Shown: positions 16,365 through 26,402, counted from the stretch's first letter. The stretch: 32,000 nt of DNA from Copranaerobaculum intestinale (GCF_009831105.1 NZ_WUUQ01000003.1:150001-182000); one strand, 5' to 3'. Notes: a model not told the origin generated them from the letters alone. Program-made: numbers and translations.

Positions 16365-18125
16365 TTATAATTTCATATAATCTCTCAATAGATTCATTGG
16401 CAGCGGTCCTAAATCCAGAACGGCTTTATGGAAGCGATAATCACTGTATTTACTGCCCCACTTATCTTTTGCATCCTCTTTCAGATCGAGGAACTGATAA
16501 AGCCCGACATAATAATTGGTGAAAACAGCCGGACTTTCCAACAGCTGTTCATACATTGCTTTCAGATCATCCTCATTTGTGATGCCGAAGTTTTCTTTCA
16601 GATAGGCATAAGCTTTTTCACGACTGTATCCATCGTAATGAATTTTTTTATCAAGCTCCAGCACATAGAGATATGTCAGCTGATCATTGATGCTGTTAAG
16701 CTCACAAACGCCTGGTTCTTTTGTGTATTTGCATGACTCGCCCTGAATGTAGGTTGCCCAGCCTTCCGTATAGGTGCTGTCGGAAAGCAGATCGCGCAGT
16801 ACATTGTGCTTTACCGTTTTAAAATAATTATGCTGATACATATGACCTGGAAAGCTCTCATGTGCTACGGATGTGAAATCATTCTGAGAGAAGCTTCCAT
16901 TCAAGATCATGTTTTCATCTTTGCCGGAGTTGTCATCAAAGGCACTGACATAATAGGCAGCAGCCGCGGTTGTCGTCTCCTTCATGGATTCCGGTATGAT
17001 ATTCATTTGGTAATCCAGCTTTTTGATTTTTGGGAAATCCTTGCCATCCGATATTTGCTGTTCCAGATAATGGATCACTTCGGTTGAATCAGTCAAATCG
17101 GTATATTTGGCATTGCTGATTGCTTCATAAATTTTACTGGAATCACTCATCAAGCTCACCAGTTCCGGATATTCATTCACTACATCCATTAAACGATTTT
17201 GAATACGGCTGGTTTCATCATCCAAATATTTTGTATATTTTTTCATAGAATCCACACCTGCGGAATTGGTGACGATGCTTTCATAGTATTTCTTGCCGCC
17301 CTTGTAGCTGGCCAGTTCACCGTCGCCCTTTTTCAAAATCTTTATATTGGACAGATCTGTTTCTGTCTGTTTAAATGCCGGTAATAATTTGTTATTAAAA
17401 GCATTGGTAATGGTATCTTTATAAAATTGTTTTTTATCTGCGGGAATGTAGTCCGCATTGTCTATTTTTTCATATGTCGCATTCAGAATATAGCTCTGAT
17501 CCGAATTGTTAATCGCATGAACGCTCTTTATAACATTATCCATATAAGTTTTTGACATGCCGTATCCTTTTTTCTGGCGGGTCACTTCAAATGCCGCATA
17601 TTTTTTAAACAGCTTCGGCGCCTGATTCAATACGGCAATAAAAGAATCTAACGATTTCTGATTTTTGAATTCATAGTTCCATAGTGCAAACGGCAGACTG
17701 GATTGTATACCGCTTGATACATCGAAATAGTTGGTCGTTAGATAATAACGATCTTCTACTGTGAGCTTATCATTTTCATCATCCTTTAATGCAGCTTTTA
17801 AAACATCATAAGTGATTTTCTGATCCTTTGTCAGAGCGTCATAATCATAATCATCGAGCGCTTTATCAATTTTTTTATATTCCTTATCCTGCTTTTTAAA
17901 ATCATCGAGTGTCATGAACTGTAAGGTGTAGAGATCTTTTTTGATACCATATTTTTCCGGATGATCAAAAAAGAAGTTGGTGTCAAAACCGGTTGATTCC
18001 ATAAATACGGCTGGCAATGTTTTGGCATATTCAGCAAATTCATCGGATCCTTTTTTGGATGATCCGCAGCCAAATAGCGGCAGACAGATTGCAGCACAAA
18101 GCAATAGCTTTACTAATTTCTTCAT
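16365..18125 (-). CDS. DUF885 family lipoprotein (putative metallopeptidase-like)
   Basis: Lipobox LPLFGC. HESFPGHMYQ motif characteristic of DUF885. SD AGGAGGGG. Confidence 0.85.
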   Translation of the reverse strand: MKKLVKLLLCAAICLPLFGCGSSKKGSDEFAEYAKTLPAVFMESTGFDTNFFFDHPEKYGIKKDLYTLQFMTLDDFKKQDKEYKKIDKALDDYDYDALTKDQKITYDVLKAALKDDENDKLTVEDRYYLTTNYFDVSSGIQSSLPFALWNYEFKNQKSLDSFIAVLNQAPKLFKKYAAFEVTRQKKGYGMSKTYMDNVIKSVHAINNSDQSYILNATYEKIDNADYIPADKKQFYKDTITNAFNNKLLPAFKQTETDLSNIKILKKGDGELASYKGGKKYYESIVTNSAGVDSMKKYTKYLDDETSRIQNRLMDVVNEYPELVSLMSDSSKIYEAISNAKYTDLTDSTEVIHYLEQQISDGKDFPKIKKLDYQMNIIPESMKETTTAAAAYYVSAFDDNSGKDENMILNGSFSQNDFTSVAHESFPGHMYQHNYFKTVKHNVLRDLLSDSTYTEGWATYIQGESCKYTKEPGVCELNSINDQLTYLYVLELDKKIHYDGYSREKAYAYLKENFGITNEDDLKAMYEQLLESPAVFTNYYVGLYQFLDLKEDAKDKWGSKYSDYRFHKAVLDLGPLPMNLLRDYMKL

Positions 18126-18310
18126 AGCCCCTCCTGTTGTCTTGGTTACTGTTATTATAGCATTTCTTTGGTAAAGTATGTAATGAAACCGGGAAACCCG
18201 GAATACTGAATAAATTTCTATTTTCTGATTTGTATAAAAATGGAAGGATGGTTCATAATTCTGGCAGGGTAAATGAAAATATGATAGGATGTTAAAAACA
18301 GGAGAGTAAT

Positions 18311-18871
18311 ATGGAAAAAGTACTATTGTATTGCGGAGCTGAGCTTGATGAAAAACGTGCAGCTTCGATTCTTCAAAGTTTAGGAATGAATTTGATGATT
18401 ATCAAAGAATCTGATTTGGGACAGACGCTGGGTTATCTGGCGGGGCGCGATGGTTTTGAGAAAACGGAAGCCGCTGTTTCAAAATCATTTACAGAATCCT
18501 TTATGATACTGGATCAGGTTGAGGATGAGCGAATTTTAGCAATTTCAAAAGCCTTCGAAGCAGCAGGCATGCCATATCGCGGCATCAAGGCGATGATTAC
18601 AGAGCATAATCAGCATTGGAAAATGGCTGATCTGTTTCAGGAGGTTTCACTTGAGCATGCCTATTTCGATGAGTTGAGTAATTTACAGCAGCTGCTTCAG
18701 GAAGTGAACGCATATGCTTCAAAAGATTATACAGAGAATAGTTGGATGAGGTTTCAGGCAGCTATGCTGGAAGCATATATGGTATATCAGTCACGTCCTG
18801 AGCAGATACGTGAGCTGACAAAAGCCAAAGCGCAGCTGCTTGGTGCAATCGAACAGCTGGAAACCATATGA
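18311..18871 (+). CDS. DUF3783-like protein with a C-terminal helical extension
   Basis: SD AGGAGAG. The pattern VLLY....DLGQTLGYL....GIKAMITEHNQHWKMADLFQEV matches my recollection of DUF3783. Confidence 0.65.
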   Translation: MEKVLLYCGAELDEKRAASILQSLGMNLMIIKESDLGQTLGYLAGRDGFEKTEAAVSKSFTESFMILDQVEDERILAISKAFEAAGMPYRGIKAMITEHNQHWKMADLFQEVSLEHAYFDELSNLQQLLQEVNAYASKDYTENSWMRFQAAMLEAYMVYQSRPEQIRELTKAKAQLLGAIEQLETI

Positions 18872-18956
18872 GATCAAAAAGGGAAGTAATGCTTCCTTTT
18901 TTTGTGATCGCTGGGATACGGAAGCAGCATGCATACACACTATATCTGGAGGTGTG

Positions 18957-20531
18957 ATGATGCGAAAATGGATGATGCTGATTTTGTTGGTGAATTGTTT
19001 GCTGCTGGAGGGCTTGGCGCCGATAAAGGCTGCGGATGTACGAGAAATCATAATTTTTCATACCAATGATCAGCATGGTTATATGCAGGATGATTCATCA
19101 CGGCAAATCGGTATTGCCAGGATTGCCGGCTGGAAGGATCGCTATCCCGGCAGTTTGCTGGTGGACAGCGGTGATGCATTTTACGGCAGTGCGCTGGCGA
19201 ATACAACTCGTGGGGCAGCGGTTGTGGAATTGATGAACGCTGCCGGGTATGATGCAATGGTTCCCGGCAACCACGACTTTACCTATGGGCAACAACGATT
19301 GAAAGAGCTGTCAACTGCCGCGGCTTTTCCGATTTTGACATCTAATGTATATGAAGGCTCTGCTCCGTTTCTAAAGGATACGTTCATGAAAGAAGTGCAG
19401 GGCGTGAAAATCGGCTTCTTTGGATTGGTAAGTGAGGAGACACTTACACTGGAGGGGCCGGAAAAGCTGGCCAATTTGACACTGAAGCGCCCCTTGGATG
19501 ATGCTTCAAGATGTGTCGAGCTTTTGAAACAGCAGGGTGCTGATATCATTATCGGTCTGAGTCATTTAGGTATGGATGAAAAGGATAAGGTGGATATGGC
19601 GGCGGATATTGCCAAAGCATTGCCGGATATTGATGTCTTAATTGATGCTCATTCACATCATGTACTGCATAAGGGAGAGATGGTCAACCGTACACTGATC
19701 GTGCAGGCCGGTAAGCATGAGCATTATCTGGGGATGCTTACGATACGGGTAGATGCGGAAGGGCAGATCATCGATATGAATGATCATCTGATCAATTATC
19801 AAGAAGCTAAAAAAATACCGGAGAAAGCATCGGTAAAGGCTTTGTTGGAAACCTCGGTTGCTCATCAAAGCAGTGTAATCTCGCAAACCATCGCTTATAC
19901 GTCAAAGCCGATGAACCTGGAGCCAAGGACCTTCAGCAGTCTTGGAACGATGGCGGCGGAGAGTTTTCGTCAGGTCAGTGAGACTGATATTGCATTTTAT
20001 CAGGATGATCGCCGCTACCTCTTACCAGTTGGAAGGATCAATCAAAAGATCATTGAGGAATTGTTTCCGCTCGATCAGGTCATGGTGCGAACAGAAATTT
20101 CCGGGAAAGAACTAAAGCAATTTTTGGAAAGCGGCATGTACTATCAAAGCGGAAAAGTAGAGACATCCTTTCAGATGTCGAAAATGAAATTGACATATCA
20201 CTCTGCTTTTAAAAAGCTGTCGATAACAAAGGCAGAGCTTTTGTCCGGAGCCGTCGATCTTACATCCGATACACGCAGCCTGTCTGTATTGATCGCTCAG
20301 CCGTTGATGAAACGATCACCTTTCAAAAATCATACATTTGAAGTCATTGGATCACAACAGGAGCTGTTTTATGAATATTTGGAGCAGTATCCGATGCTTA
20401 ATGAAACGGCACGTGTAAAGCTTGCCGAAGATAAAGGACATGCTCTGCCACGGCTGCTCATTATTGCATCCGTATTCCTATTGTCGATCTTAAACGTCTA
20501 TGTTTTTTATCGCCGTAAACATATTCCTTGA
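18957..20531 (+). CDS. bifunctional metallophosphatase/5'-nucleotidase, secreted with a C-terminal TM anchor
   Basis: SD GGAGG before ATGATG at 18957. Signal peptide present. Motifs HTNDQHG, DSGDAF, GNHDF, SHLG. Hydrophobic C-terminus followed by RRK. Confidence 0.85.
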   Translation: MMRKWMMLILLVNCLLLEGLAPIKAADVREIIIFHTNDQHGYMQDDSSRQIGIARIAGWKDRYPGSLLVDSGDAFYGSALANTTRGAAVVELMNAAGYDAMVPGNHDFTYGQQRLKELSTAAAFPILTSNVYEGSAPFLKDTFMKEVQGVKIGFFGLVSEETLTLEGPEKLANLTLKRPLDDASRCVELLKQQGADIIIGLSHLGMDEKDKVDMAADIAKALPDIDVLIDAHSHHVLHKGEMVNRTLIVQAGKHEHYLGMLTIRVDAEGQIIDMNDHLINYQEAKKIPEKASVKALLETSVAHQSSVISQTIAYTSKPMNLEPRTFSSLGTMAAESFRQVSETDIAFYQDDRRYLLPVGRINQKIIEELFPLDQVMVRTEISGKELKQFLESGMYYQSGKVETSFQMSKMKLTYHSAFKKLSITKAELLSGAVDLTSDTRSLSVLIAQPLMKRSPFKNHTFEVIGSQQELFYEYLEQYPMLNETARVKLAEDKGHALPRLLIIASVFLLSILNVYVFYRRKHIP

Positions 20532-20568
20532 TCGCCTGAGCGTATACTGGCTTTGGAGGGGTATATTT

Positions 20569-20913
20569 ATGGAAATTCAAAAAAAACTGCGCAGTGCTGC
20601 TCATTTTACCGTGTCTAAAGCGAGCGATGCGCTGGAGGCTCAGCGGCTGCGTTTTTATGTCCGCGATATGCAGAAGAAGAAACAGCAGGAGTATGAAAAA
20701 CTTGGAAGGTACATCGAGGATCATTTGCAATTATTGATTGAACCGGATGAATATGTAAAAAGCTGCCTTCGGCAGTTGGAGGAATATGAATATCAACTTC
20801 ACCATATCGATGGTCCCAGTGCTACAGAAAAGATTACCGTATGTCCGATCTGCCAAAGTCCGGTGGGTGAACCGGCAAATTTTTGTGGAAACTGCGGCAG
20901 CCGCTTATCATAG
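20569..20913 (+). CDS. zinc-ribbon domain protein with an N-terminal coiled-coil
   Basis: SD GGAGGGG 8 nt before the ATG at 20569. C-terminal CPICQSPVGEPANFCGNCGSRL. Confidence 0.75.
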   Translation: MEIQKKLRSAAHFTVSKASDALEAQRLRFYVRDMQKKKQQEYEKLGRYIEDHLQLLIEPDEYVKSCLRQLEEYEYQLHHIDGPSATEKITVCPICQSPVGEPANFCGNCGSRLS

Positions 20914-20973
20914 CAGTTGCGGGAACATGGGATAACCGATATAATGATAGACATGAATGAAAGGATGGTTGTA

Positions 20974-22353
20974 ATGGAAAGAAAAAATGCATGGACGACG
21001 TACAGCGAAGCGCAGTTGGAGGCAGTAACGGCGTTCAATGAAGACTACAAAGAATTTATATCGGTATGTAAAACTGAACGGGAATGTGTTGCGGAAACTA
21101 TTCGTTTAGCTGAACAGCATGGATACCGTAATCTGGATGATGTCATCGCGAATCAGGAGACCCTGAAGCCGGGAGATAAAGTGTATGCGAATAATATGGA
21201 TAAGACCATCGCTTTATATATCATTGGAGAGAAGCCATTAGAAGCGGGCATGAAAATTTTAGGTGCTCATGTAGATTCACCGCGTTTGGATATTAAACAG
21301 AATCCATTGTATGAGGATCATGATCTGGCACTTCTGGATACGCATTATTACGGCGGTATCAAAAAATACCAGTGGGTTACTCTGCCACTCGCCCTGCACG
21401 GTGTTGTTTCCCGTAAAGACGGTTCAAAAGTAGACGTGGTAATCGGGGAAGATGACAGCGATCCGGTGGTTGGTGTTTCTGACCTGCTGGTTCATCTGGC
21501 AGCTGATCAGATGCAGAAAACCGGTGCGAAAGTGGTTGAGGGTGAAGATTTAAATTTGTTGATTGGCTCCATGCCTTTAAAGGGCAAGGAAAAAGATGCG
21601 GTAAAAGAAAATATTTTAAAATTGCTGAAAGCAAAATATCAGATCGAAGAAGAGGATTTCCTATCCGCAGAGCTGGAAGTTGTGCCGGCTGGCAAAGCCC
21701 GTGACTATGGCATTGACCGCAGTATGGTGATGGGATACGGCCATGATGATCGTGTATGTGCTTATACCTCACTAAGAGCGATGTTTGAAATTGAAAAAAC
21801 AGATAAAACTTGTGTATGCCTGCTGGTGGACAAGGAAGAAGTCGGAAGTATTGGTGCGACCGGCATGCAGTCGCGTTTCTTTGAAAATTCCATAGCGGAA
21901 GTGATGGATCGCATGGGTGAATACAGCGAACTGAAGCTGCGCCGGGCCTTGAAAAATTCTAAAATGTTATCCAGCGATGTCAGTGCTGCCTATGATCCGA
22001 ACTACAGTTCGGTGATGGAAACAAAAAACAGTGCTTATTTTGGACGAGGCATCGTATTCAATAAATATACCGGTTCTCGCGGCAAAGGCGGATGCAATGA
22101 TGCCAATGCCGAATATATTGCCGAACTACGCGCGATGATGGATGAAGAAGGAGTTTGTTTTCAAACGGCTGAGCTTGGTAAGGTTGACCAGGGCGGCGGC
22201 GGAACGATTGCCTATATTCTTGCGCAATACAATATGCAGGTTATTGACTGCGGCGTTGCGGTACAGAATATGCACGCGCCTTGGGAAGTTGTTTCCAAAG
22301 CGGATGTTTATGAAACTAAAAACGGATATGTTGCTTTCTTAAAGCACGCATAA
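20974..22353 (+). CDS. M18 family aminopeptidase
   Basis: The N-terminus MERKNAWTTYSEAQLEAV...KTEREC is typical of clostridial aminopeptidase 1. Also GAHVDSPRLD and HDDRVC motifs. SD AAAGGA lies 8 nt upstream. Confidence 0.9.
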   Translation: MERKNAWTTYSEAQLEAVTAFNEDYKEFISVCKTERECVAETIRLAEQHGYRNLDDVIANQETLKPGDKVYANNMDKTIALYIIGEKPLEAGMKILGAHVDSPRLDIKQNPLYEDHDLALLDTHYYGGIKKYQWVTLPLALHGVVSRKDGSKVDVVIGEDDSDPVVGVSDLLVHLAADQMQKTGAKVVEGEDLNLLIGSMPLKGKEKDAVKENILKLLKAKYQIEEEDFLSAELEVVPAGKARDYGIDRSMVMGYGHDDRVCAYTSLRAMFEIEKTDKTCVCLLVDKEEVGSIGATGMQSRFFENSIAEVMDRMGEYSELKLRRALKNSKMLSSDVSAAYDPNYSSVMETKNSAYFGRGIVFNKYTGSRGKGGCNDANAEYIAELRAMMDEEGVCFQTAELGKVDQGGGGTIAYILAQYNMQVIDCGVAVQNMHAPWEVVSKADVYETKNGYVAFLKHA

Positions 22354-22354
22354 T

Positions 22355-22390
22355 AAAAGACCGCTCAGATTGATCCTGAGCGGTTTTTTC
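22355..22390. terminator. bidirectional terminator
   Basis: Stem ACCGCTCAG / CTGAGCGGT, with an A-run on the 5' side and T6 on the 3' side. Confidence 0.85.
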
Positions 22391-22392
22391 TA

Positions 22393-22971
22393 TCATTTTT
22401 TCAGAAAGCGCAGATTTTTAATCAGCGGTGCGATATATACATATAACAGTGAAGCACAGATAATTGTTGTGATCGCATTGATGAAGGTAGAGCCGGTTGA
22501 CCATGCAGTCATGATCAAAGCAGCGTCACTTGGTATTCCCAATAGGAAATTCTTATAAAAGAAGGAGAAAATGGGATCGAAAATAATATTGAACAGCATC
22601 GCTCCACTGGAAGCTAAAAGCGCCCATTTCAGCATATATTTTTTATCATCAGCGTGGTCATCAAGATGTCCCAATCGATGAGCGATAAAGCCGGCGATCA
22701 CTCCGATCATCAATTTCATAATGATGGTTTTAGGAGCAGAAGTCGCATATCCACCAGTCAGATCGGCAATTCCCATGCCGATTGCACCAGCCGCACCACC
22801 GGCCGGTCCGCCGATTAACAACGCAGCCAGTACACAAAATGTATTGCCAAAGTGAATGGCGGTTTTACTGACACCAATTGGTATATCAATCCGTAGGAAT
22901 TGAAAACCGATATAACAAAGGGCAGCTAATAATGCCGTTGCACACATGACAGCAGTTTTGTTTCGTTTCAT
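22393..22971 (-). CDS. ECF transporter S component (substrate unknown; vitamin B6-related by context)
   Basis: 192 aa with ~6 TM. Gly-rich GGPAGGAAGAIGMGIADL segment. SD AAGAGGTGA. Divergent from a MocR/PdxR-type regulator. Confidence 0.7.
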   Translation of the reverse strand: MKRNKTAVMCATALLAALCYIGFQFLRIDIPIGVSKTAIHFGNTFCVLAALLIGGPAGGAAGAIGMGIADLTGGYATSAPKTIIMKLMIGVIAGFIAHRLGHLDDHADDKKYMLKWALLASSGAMLFNIIFDPIFSFFYKNFLLGIPSDAALIMTAWSTGSTFINAITTIICASLLYVYIAPLIKNLRFLKK

Positions 22972-23000
22972 TCTATCACCTCTTAAAGCTATTCTATCAA

Positions 23001-23050
23001 AAAACTGGCTATTAAAAAATATCCAGTTTTATATTAAAATTAATATCCAG
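23001..23050. promoter_or_regulatory. candidate MocR operator: direct repeat AATATCCAG x2 plus inverted repeat
   Basis: AATATCCAG at 23018-23026 and 23042-23050, 24 bp start to start. AAAACTGG (23001-23008) and CCAGTTTT (23023-23030) form an inverted repeat. A -10 box, TATACT, lies at 23058-23063. Confidence 0.4.
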
Positions 23051-23078
23051 ATTATGTTATACTGATTTTGGTGATTTG

Positions 23079-24443
23079 ATGAATTTGACAGCACTGCATT
23101 TGATGAAACAAAAACAGCTCCCATTATATCAGCAGATTTATGAATCCATTCGAAAGGATATATTAGACGGCTTTATCCATCCCGGGGATCGGCTTCCTTC
23201 ACTTAGAGATGCCGCCGAGCAGCTGAAGGTCAGTCGTACGTCTATTGAACGGGCTTATGAACAGCTTCAGCTTGAAGGCTTTTTGCAGGCTTCACCAAAA
23301 CGCGGGTACTTTGTTTCCGTTACGGAAGATGATATCCGGATCCGCCGCAGAATTCTGACCCCACCTTCAAAAACGGAATATCGTCCCAAATATGATTTTC
23401 GATCTTTAAGTGTTGATGTGCAGAATTTTGACAGTGTAATTTGGAAACGTTATATGCGAGATATTCTGGAACAGCAAAAGACCATCTATTCTTATGGCAG
23501 TGTGGAAGGAGAGTGGGAACTGCGTACTGCGCTTCAGCAATATCTTTATTCCAACTGCGGGGTGATTGCCGATATTGAACAGATTCTAATCGGAGCGAGC
23601 TTTCAAACCCTGCTGAGTTTGATCTGCGGCATGCTGGAGAAATCAGCTGTTATCGGTATGGAAAAGAACAGTTTTTTGAAAGCACAGCAGATTTTCCAAG
23701 ATTATCATTTTCCGGTCATATGCCTTGATTTTCATAATGAAGCAGAATTGCTTGAACAGCTGCGCAGCAATCATATTACATTGTTTTATTGTCACAGCGC
23801 TTCATTTGGTGAAACAAAAGCGCCGATCTCAGAAGCATACCGCAATGTTTTGTTGACATGGGCCGATCAGGAAGATACGTGGATTCTGGAAGATAATCAC
23901 AATGGTGAGATTGCTGTTCGTACGCAGGTTCATAGCGCGATGCAGGGATTTGATCGGCATCATCGTATTCTTTATTTCGGATCCTTTTCAAAACTGCTGC
24001 TCCCTTCACTTCGCATTGCCTATATGGTAATACCTCCGTATTTTCTTGATAAGTTTAAAAAACGCCGTCAATACTATAATGCATCAGCTTCGAAGATTGA
24101 ACAGCTTGCCTTGGCCCGTTATATTTCTGATGGTCATCTGGAACGGCATGTCCGAAGACTGCGCCGGCAGTATGAGAAGAAAAGCATTCTGATGGAAAAG
24201 CTGCTTCAGGAGTTTTTTTCGGATATTCCCTATCGGCTGAACCGGGCCGGCCTTTGTTATCATATATTTACTGATCCAGCGTATTTTCCGCGGATTATAC
24301 AGGAATGTCATAAAATCGATATGATTGTGAAATATGATGATACATCGATCATTCTCTCGTTTGCGGCTGTCGATGAAAAAACCATGCGCACGGCGATACC
24401 GCTGCTGCGAAAGCAATTCAACAAAGTGATTCATCAAACATAA
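23079..24443 (+). CDS. MocR/GabR/PdxR-type regulator (GntR HTH fused to an aminotransferase class I/II-like domain)
   Basis: N-terminal LPSLRDAAEQLKVSRTSIERAYEQLQLEGF. PLP-lysine motif FGSFSKLLLPSLRIAYMV. Confidence 0.9.
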   Translation: MNLTALHLMKQKQLPLYQQIYESIRKDILDGFIHPGDRLPSLRDAAEQLKVSRTSIERAYEQLQLEGFLQASPKRGYFVSVTEDDIRIRRRILTPPSKTEYRPKYDFRSLSVDVQNFDSVIWKRYMRDILEQQKTIYSYGSVEGEWELRTALQQYLYSNCGVIADIEQILIGASFQTLLSLICGMLEKSAVIGMEKNSFLKAQQIFQDYHFPVICLDFHNEAELLEQLRSNHITLFYCHSASFGETKAPISEAYRNVLLTWADQEDTWILEDNHNGEIAVRTQVHSAMQGFDRHHRILYFGSFSKLLLPSLRIAYMVIPPYFLDKFKKRRQYYNASASKIEQLALARYISDGHLERHVRRLRRQYEKKSILMEKLLQEFFSDIPYRLNRAGLCYHIFTDPAYFPRIIQECHKIDMIVKYDDTSIILSFAAVDEKTMRTAIPLLRKQFNKVIHQT

Positions 24444-24517
24444 GATAGAGGGGCGTCTTGATTGACGCTATGGTTGGGTTTTTGTCATAATACCTACATC
24501 CGAAAGGAGGAGATTTT

Positions 24518-25315
24518 ATGAATTCTTTGCATCCGGCTGTACTGGCGATGATCGGTACCGGATTTACATTTTTAATGACAACCTTAGGAGCGGCTGTCGT
24601 ATTCTTCTTCCGCGGGGAAATCAAAGCGAGCTATCAGCGCATATTCCTAGGTTTTGCGGCCGGAGTCATGATTGCGGCGAGTGTATGGAGTCTATTGATC
24701 CCGGCTATTGATATGGCTGAAGAACAGGGCGTTACCGGTTGGATTCCGGCAGCCGGTGGTTTTATCTTAGGCGCGGCGTTTCTGCTGATCCTAGATCATC
24801 TGCTGCCGCATCTTCATCCTGGCAGTAAAGAGCCTGAGGGTCCTCATTCTTCACTGAAACGCACGACGATGCTGGTGTTTGCGGTCACCCTTCATAATAT
24901 CCCGGAGGGCATGGCGGTAGGATTATCCTTCGCATTATCGGCTGCTAGCGGTTCTGGTGTAGGGCTTGCGGCTGCGGTAGCTCTGGCAATTGGAATCGGA
25001 TTGCAGAACTTTCCCGAAGGTGCAGCGATTTCACTGCCGCTGAAACAGGAGGGACTCAGCAATTGGCGTTCGTTTATTTACGGTTCTTTATCTGGAATTG
25101 TCGAACCGATCTTCGGAGTGCTGACGGTATTTGTAGTCGGCGGGATATCTCCAATCATGCCATGGCTGCTTGCTTTTGCGGCAGGTGCAATGATCTATGT
25201 CGTTGTCGAAGAACTGATACCGGAAGCACAGCTTGGTGAGCATTCGCACAGCGGTACGATCGGCGTCATGACCGGATTTATCATTATGATGATCTTGGAT
25301 GTTGCTTTGGGCTGA
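24518..25315 (+). CDS. ZIP family metal (Zn/Fe/Mn) transporter
   Basis: Motifs HNIPEGMAVG and QNFPEGAA. 8 TM. SD AAAGGAGG. Confidence 0.9.
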   Translation: MNSLHPAVLAMIGTGFTFLMTTLGAAVVFFFRGEIKASYQRIFLGFAAGVMIAASVWSLLIPAIDMAEEQGVTGWIPAAGGFILGAAFLLILDHLLPHLHPGSKEPEGPHSSLKRTTMLVFAVTLHNIPEGMAVGLSFALSAASGSGVGLAAAVALAIGIGLQNFPEGAAISLPLKQEGLSNWRSFIYGSLSGIVEPIFGVLTVFVVGGISPIMPWLLAFAAGAMIYVVVEELIPEAQLGEHSHSGTIGVMTGFIIMMILDVALG

Positions 25316-25318
25316 TAG

Positions 25319-25374
25319 AAAAAACATTGAAAATTGTGTATACTGTAAAAAAGACACATATTCAATGTTTTTTT
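25319..25374. terminator. long bidirectional terminator hairpin
   Basis: AAAAAACATTGAA (25319-25331) pairs with TTCAATGTTTTTT (25361-25373). An inner stem TGTGT / ACACA is also present. The T-run ends 3 nt before the SD of the next gene. Confidence 0.75.
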
Positions 25375-25386
25375 ATGGAGGTCATC

Positions 25387-26334
25387 ATGAAAGATATACA
25401 AGTTACAGAAGTATTCGGCTTTCAGATCGGACAGGCAGAGGATGAAAAGGGCGGCAGCGGCTGTACTGTAATTCTATGTCCGCAAGGAGCCTGTGCTGGA
25501 GTTGATGTGCGAGGCGGAGCACCGGCCACCCGTGAGACGGATTTACTTGATCCTATTAACATGGTAGAGCGAATTCACGCGGTTATGCTGAGCGGCGGCA
25601 GTGCTTATGGTTTGGATGCCGCAAGCGGAGCTATGCGATATCTGGAGGAACAAGGAATCGGTCATGACATGAACGTTGCGGTGGTTCCGATCGTCTGCGG
25701 CGCCAGTCTGTTTGATCTTAGTGTTGGCGATGCATCCTGTCGCCCTGATAAGGAAATGGGCTATCAGGCTTGTTTGAATAGTGAACAAAACCATTTTGAG
25801 GAAGGCTGCCATGGCGCGGGAACAGGAGCCAGCATCGGCAAAATTCTCGGATTTGAGAAAGCGATGAAGAGCGGGATAGGCGGTTATGGCGTACAGCTCG
25901 GCGATCTGCAGGTAGCGGCAATCGTAGCAGTAAATGCGTGCGGCGATATTTATGATCCGCATTTACATGAAATCATCGGCGGACCCATGGTCAATCATCA
26001 GATTCTGCCTACCACTCAGGTGTTGAAGCAGGGTGTAGAAATGCCGCAGGGAAATACCACAATCGGCTGCATTCTCACCAATGCAGTGCTGACAAAGGCG
26101 CAGGCAAAGAAAATCGCCGGAATCACGCATGACGGTTATGCGCGCGTGATTACTCCGGTACATACGATGTCGGATGGTGATACTGTATTCGTTATGGGAT
26201 CACAGCAAGTGAAAGCAATGCCGGACATCGTCGGAGCGATCGCAGCTGAGGTTATGAGTGAAGCGATCCTACGGGCGTTCAAATCGGCAAAAGCAGCTTA
26301 CGGACTTCCCTGCTATCAGGATATTCGAGGATAA
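25387..26334 (+). CDS. P1/S58 family peptidase (DmpA-like L-aminopeptidase/D-esterase)
   Basis: SD GGAGG. Motifs GGSGCTVIL, GGAPATRETDLL and GNTTIGCILTNA. Confidence 0.85.
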   Translation: MKDIQVTEVFGFQIGQAEDEKGGSGCTVILCPQGACAGVDVRGGAPATRETDLLDPINMVERIHAVMLSGGSAYGLDAASGAMRYLEEQGIGHDMNVAVVPIVCGASLFDLSVGDASCRPDKEMGYQACLNSEQNHFEEGCHGAGTGASIGKILGFEKAMKSGIGGYGVQLGDLQVAAIVAVNACGDIYDPHLHEIIGGPMVNHQILPTTQVLKQGVEMPQGNTTIGCILTNAVLTKAQAKKIAGITHDGYARVITPVHTMSDGDTVFVMGSQQVKAMPDIVGAIAAEVMSEAILRAFKSAKAAYGLPCYQDIRG

Positions 26335-26362
26335 AACGACTTGTAAAAAAATGAAAAAGTGA

Positions 26363-26391
26363 TTGAAATGTAATGGTGTTTTTGGTATTAT
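26363..26391 (+). promoter_or_regulatory. promoter of tRNA-Arg(TCT)
   Basis: TTGAAA, 17-nt spacer, TATTAT. It ends 11 nt before the tRNA 5' end. Confidence 0.5.
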
Positions 26392-26402
26392 AAACGTACC
26401 AT

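Noticed and set aside
1697-25962. Many antisense or embedded ORFs in the track, for example 1697-1987(-), 3687-3986(-), 4004-4294(-), 7410-7744(-), 11118-11531(+), 16428-16736(+), 21377-21772(-), 24084-24437(-) and 25543-25962(-).
   Set aside because: Each lies entirely inside a longer ORF with clear family motifs on the opposite strand or in another frame. They lack SD sequences and have low-complexity or odd composition, as expected for shadow ORFs.
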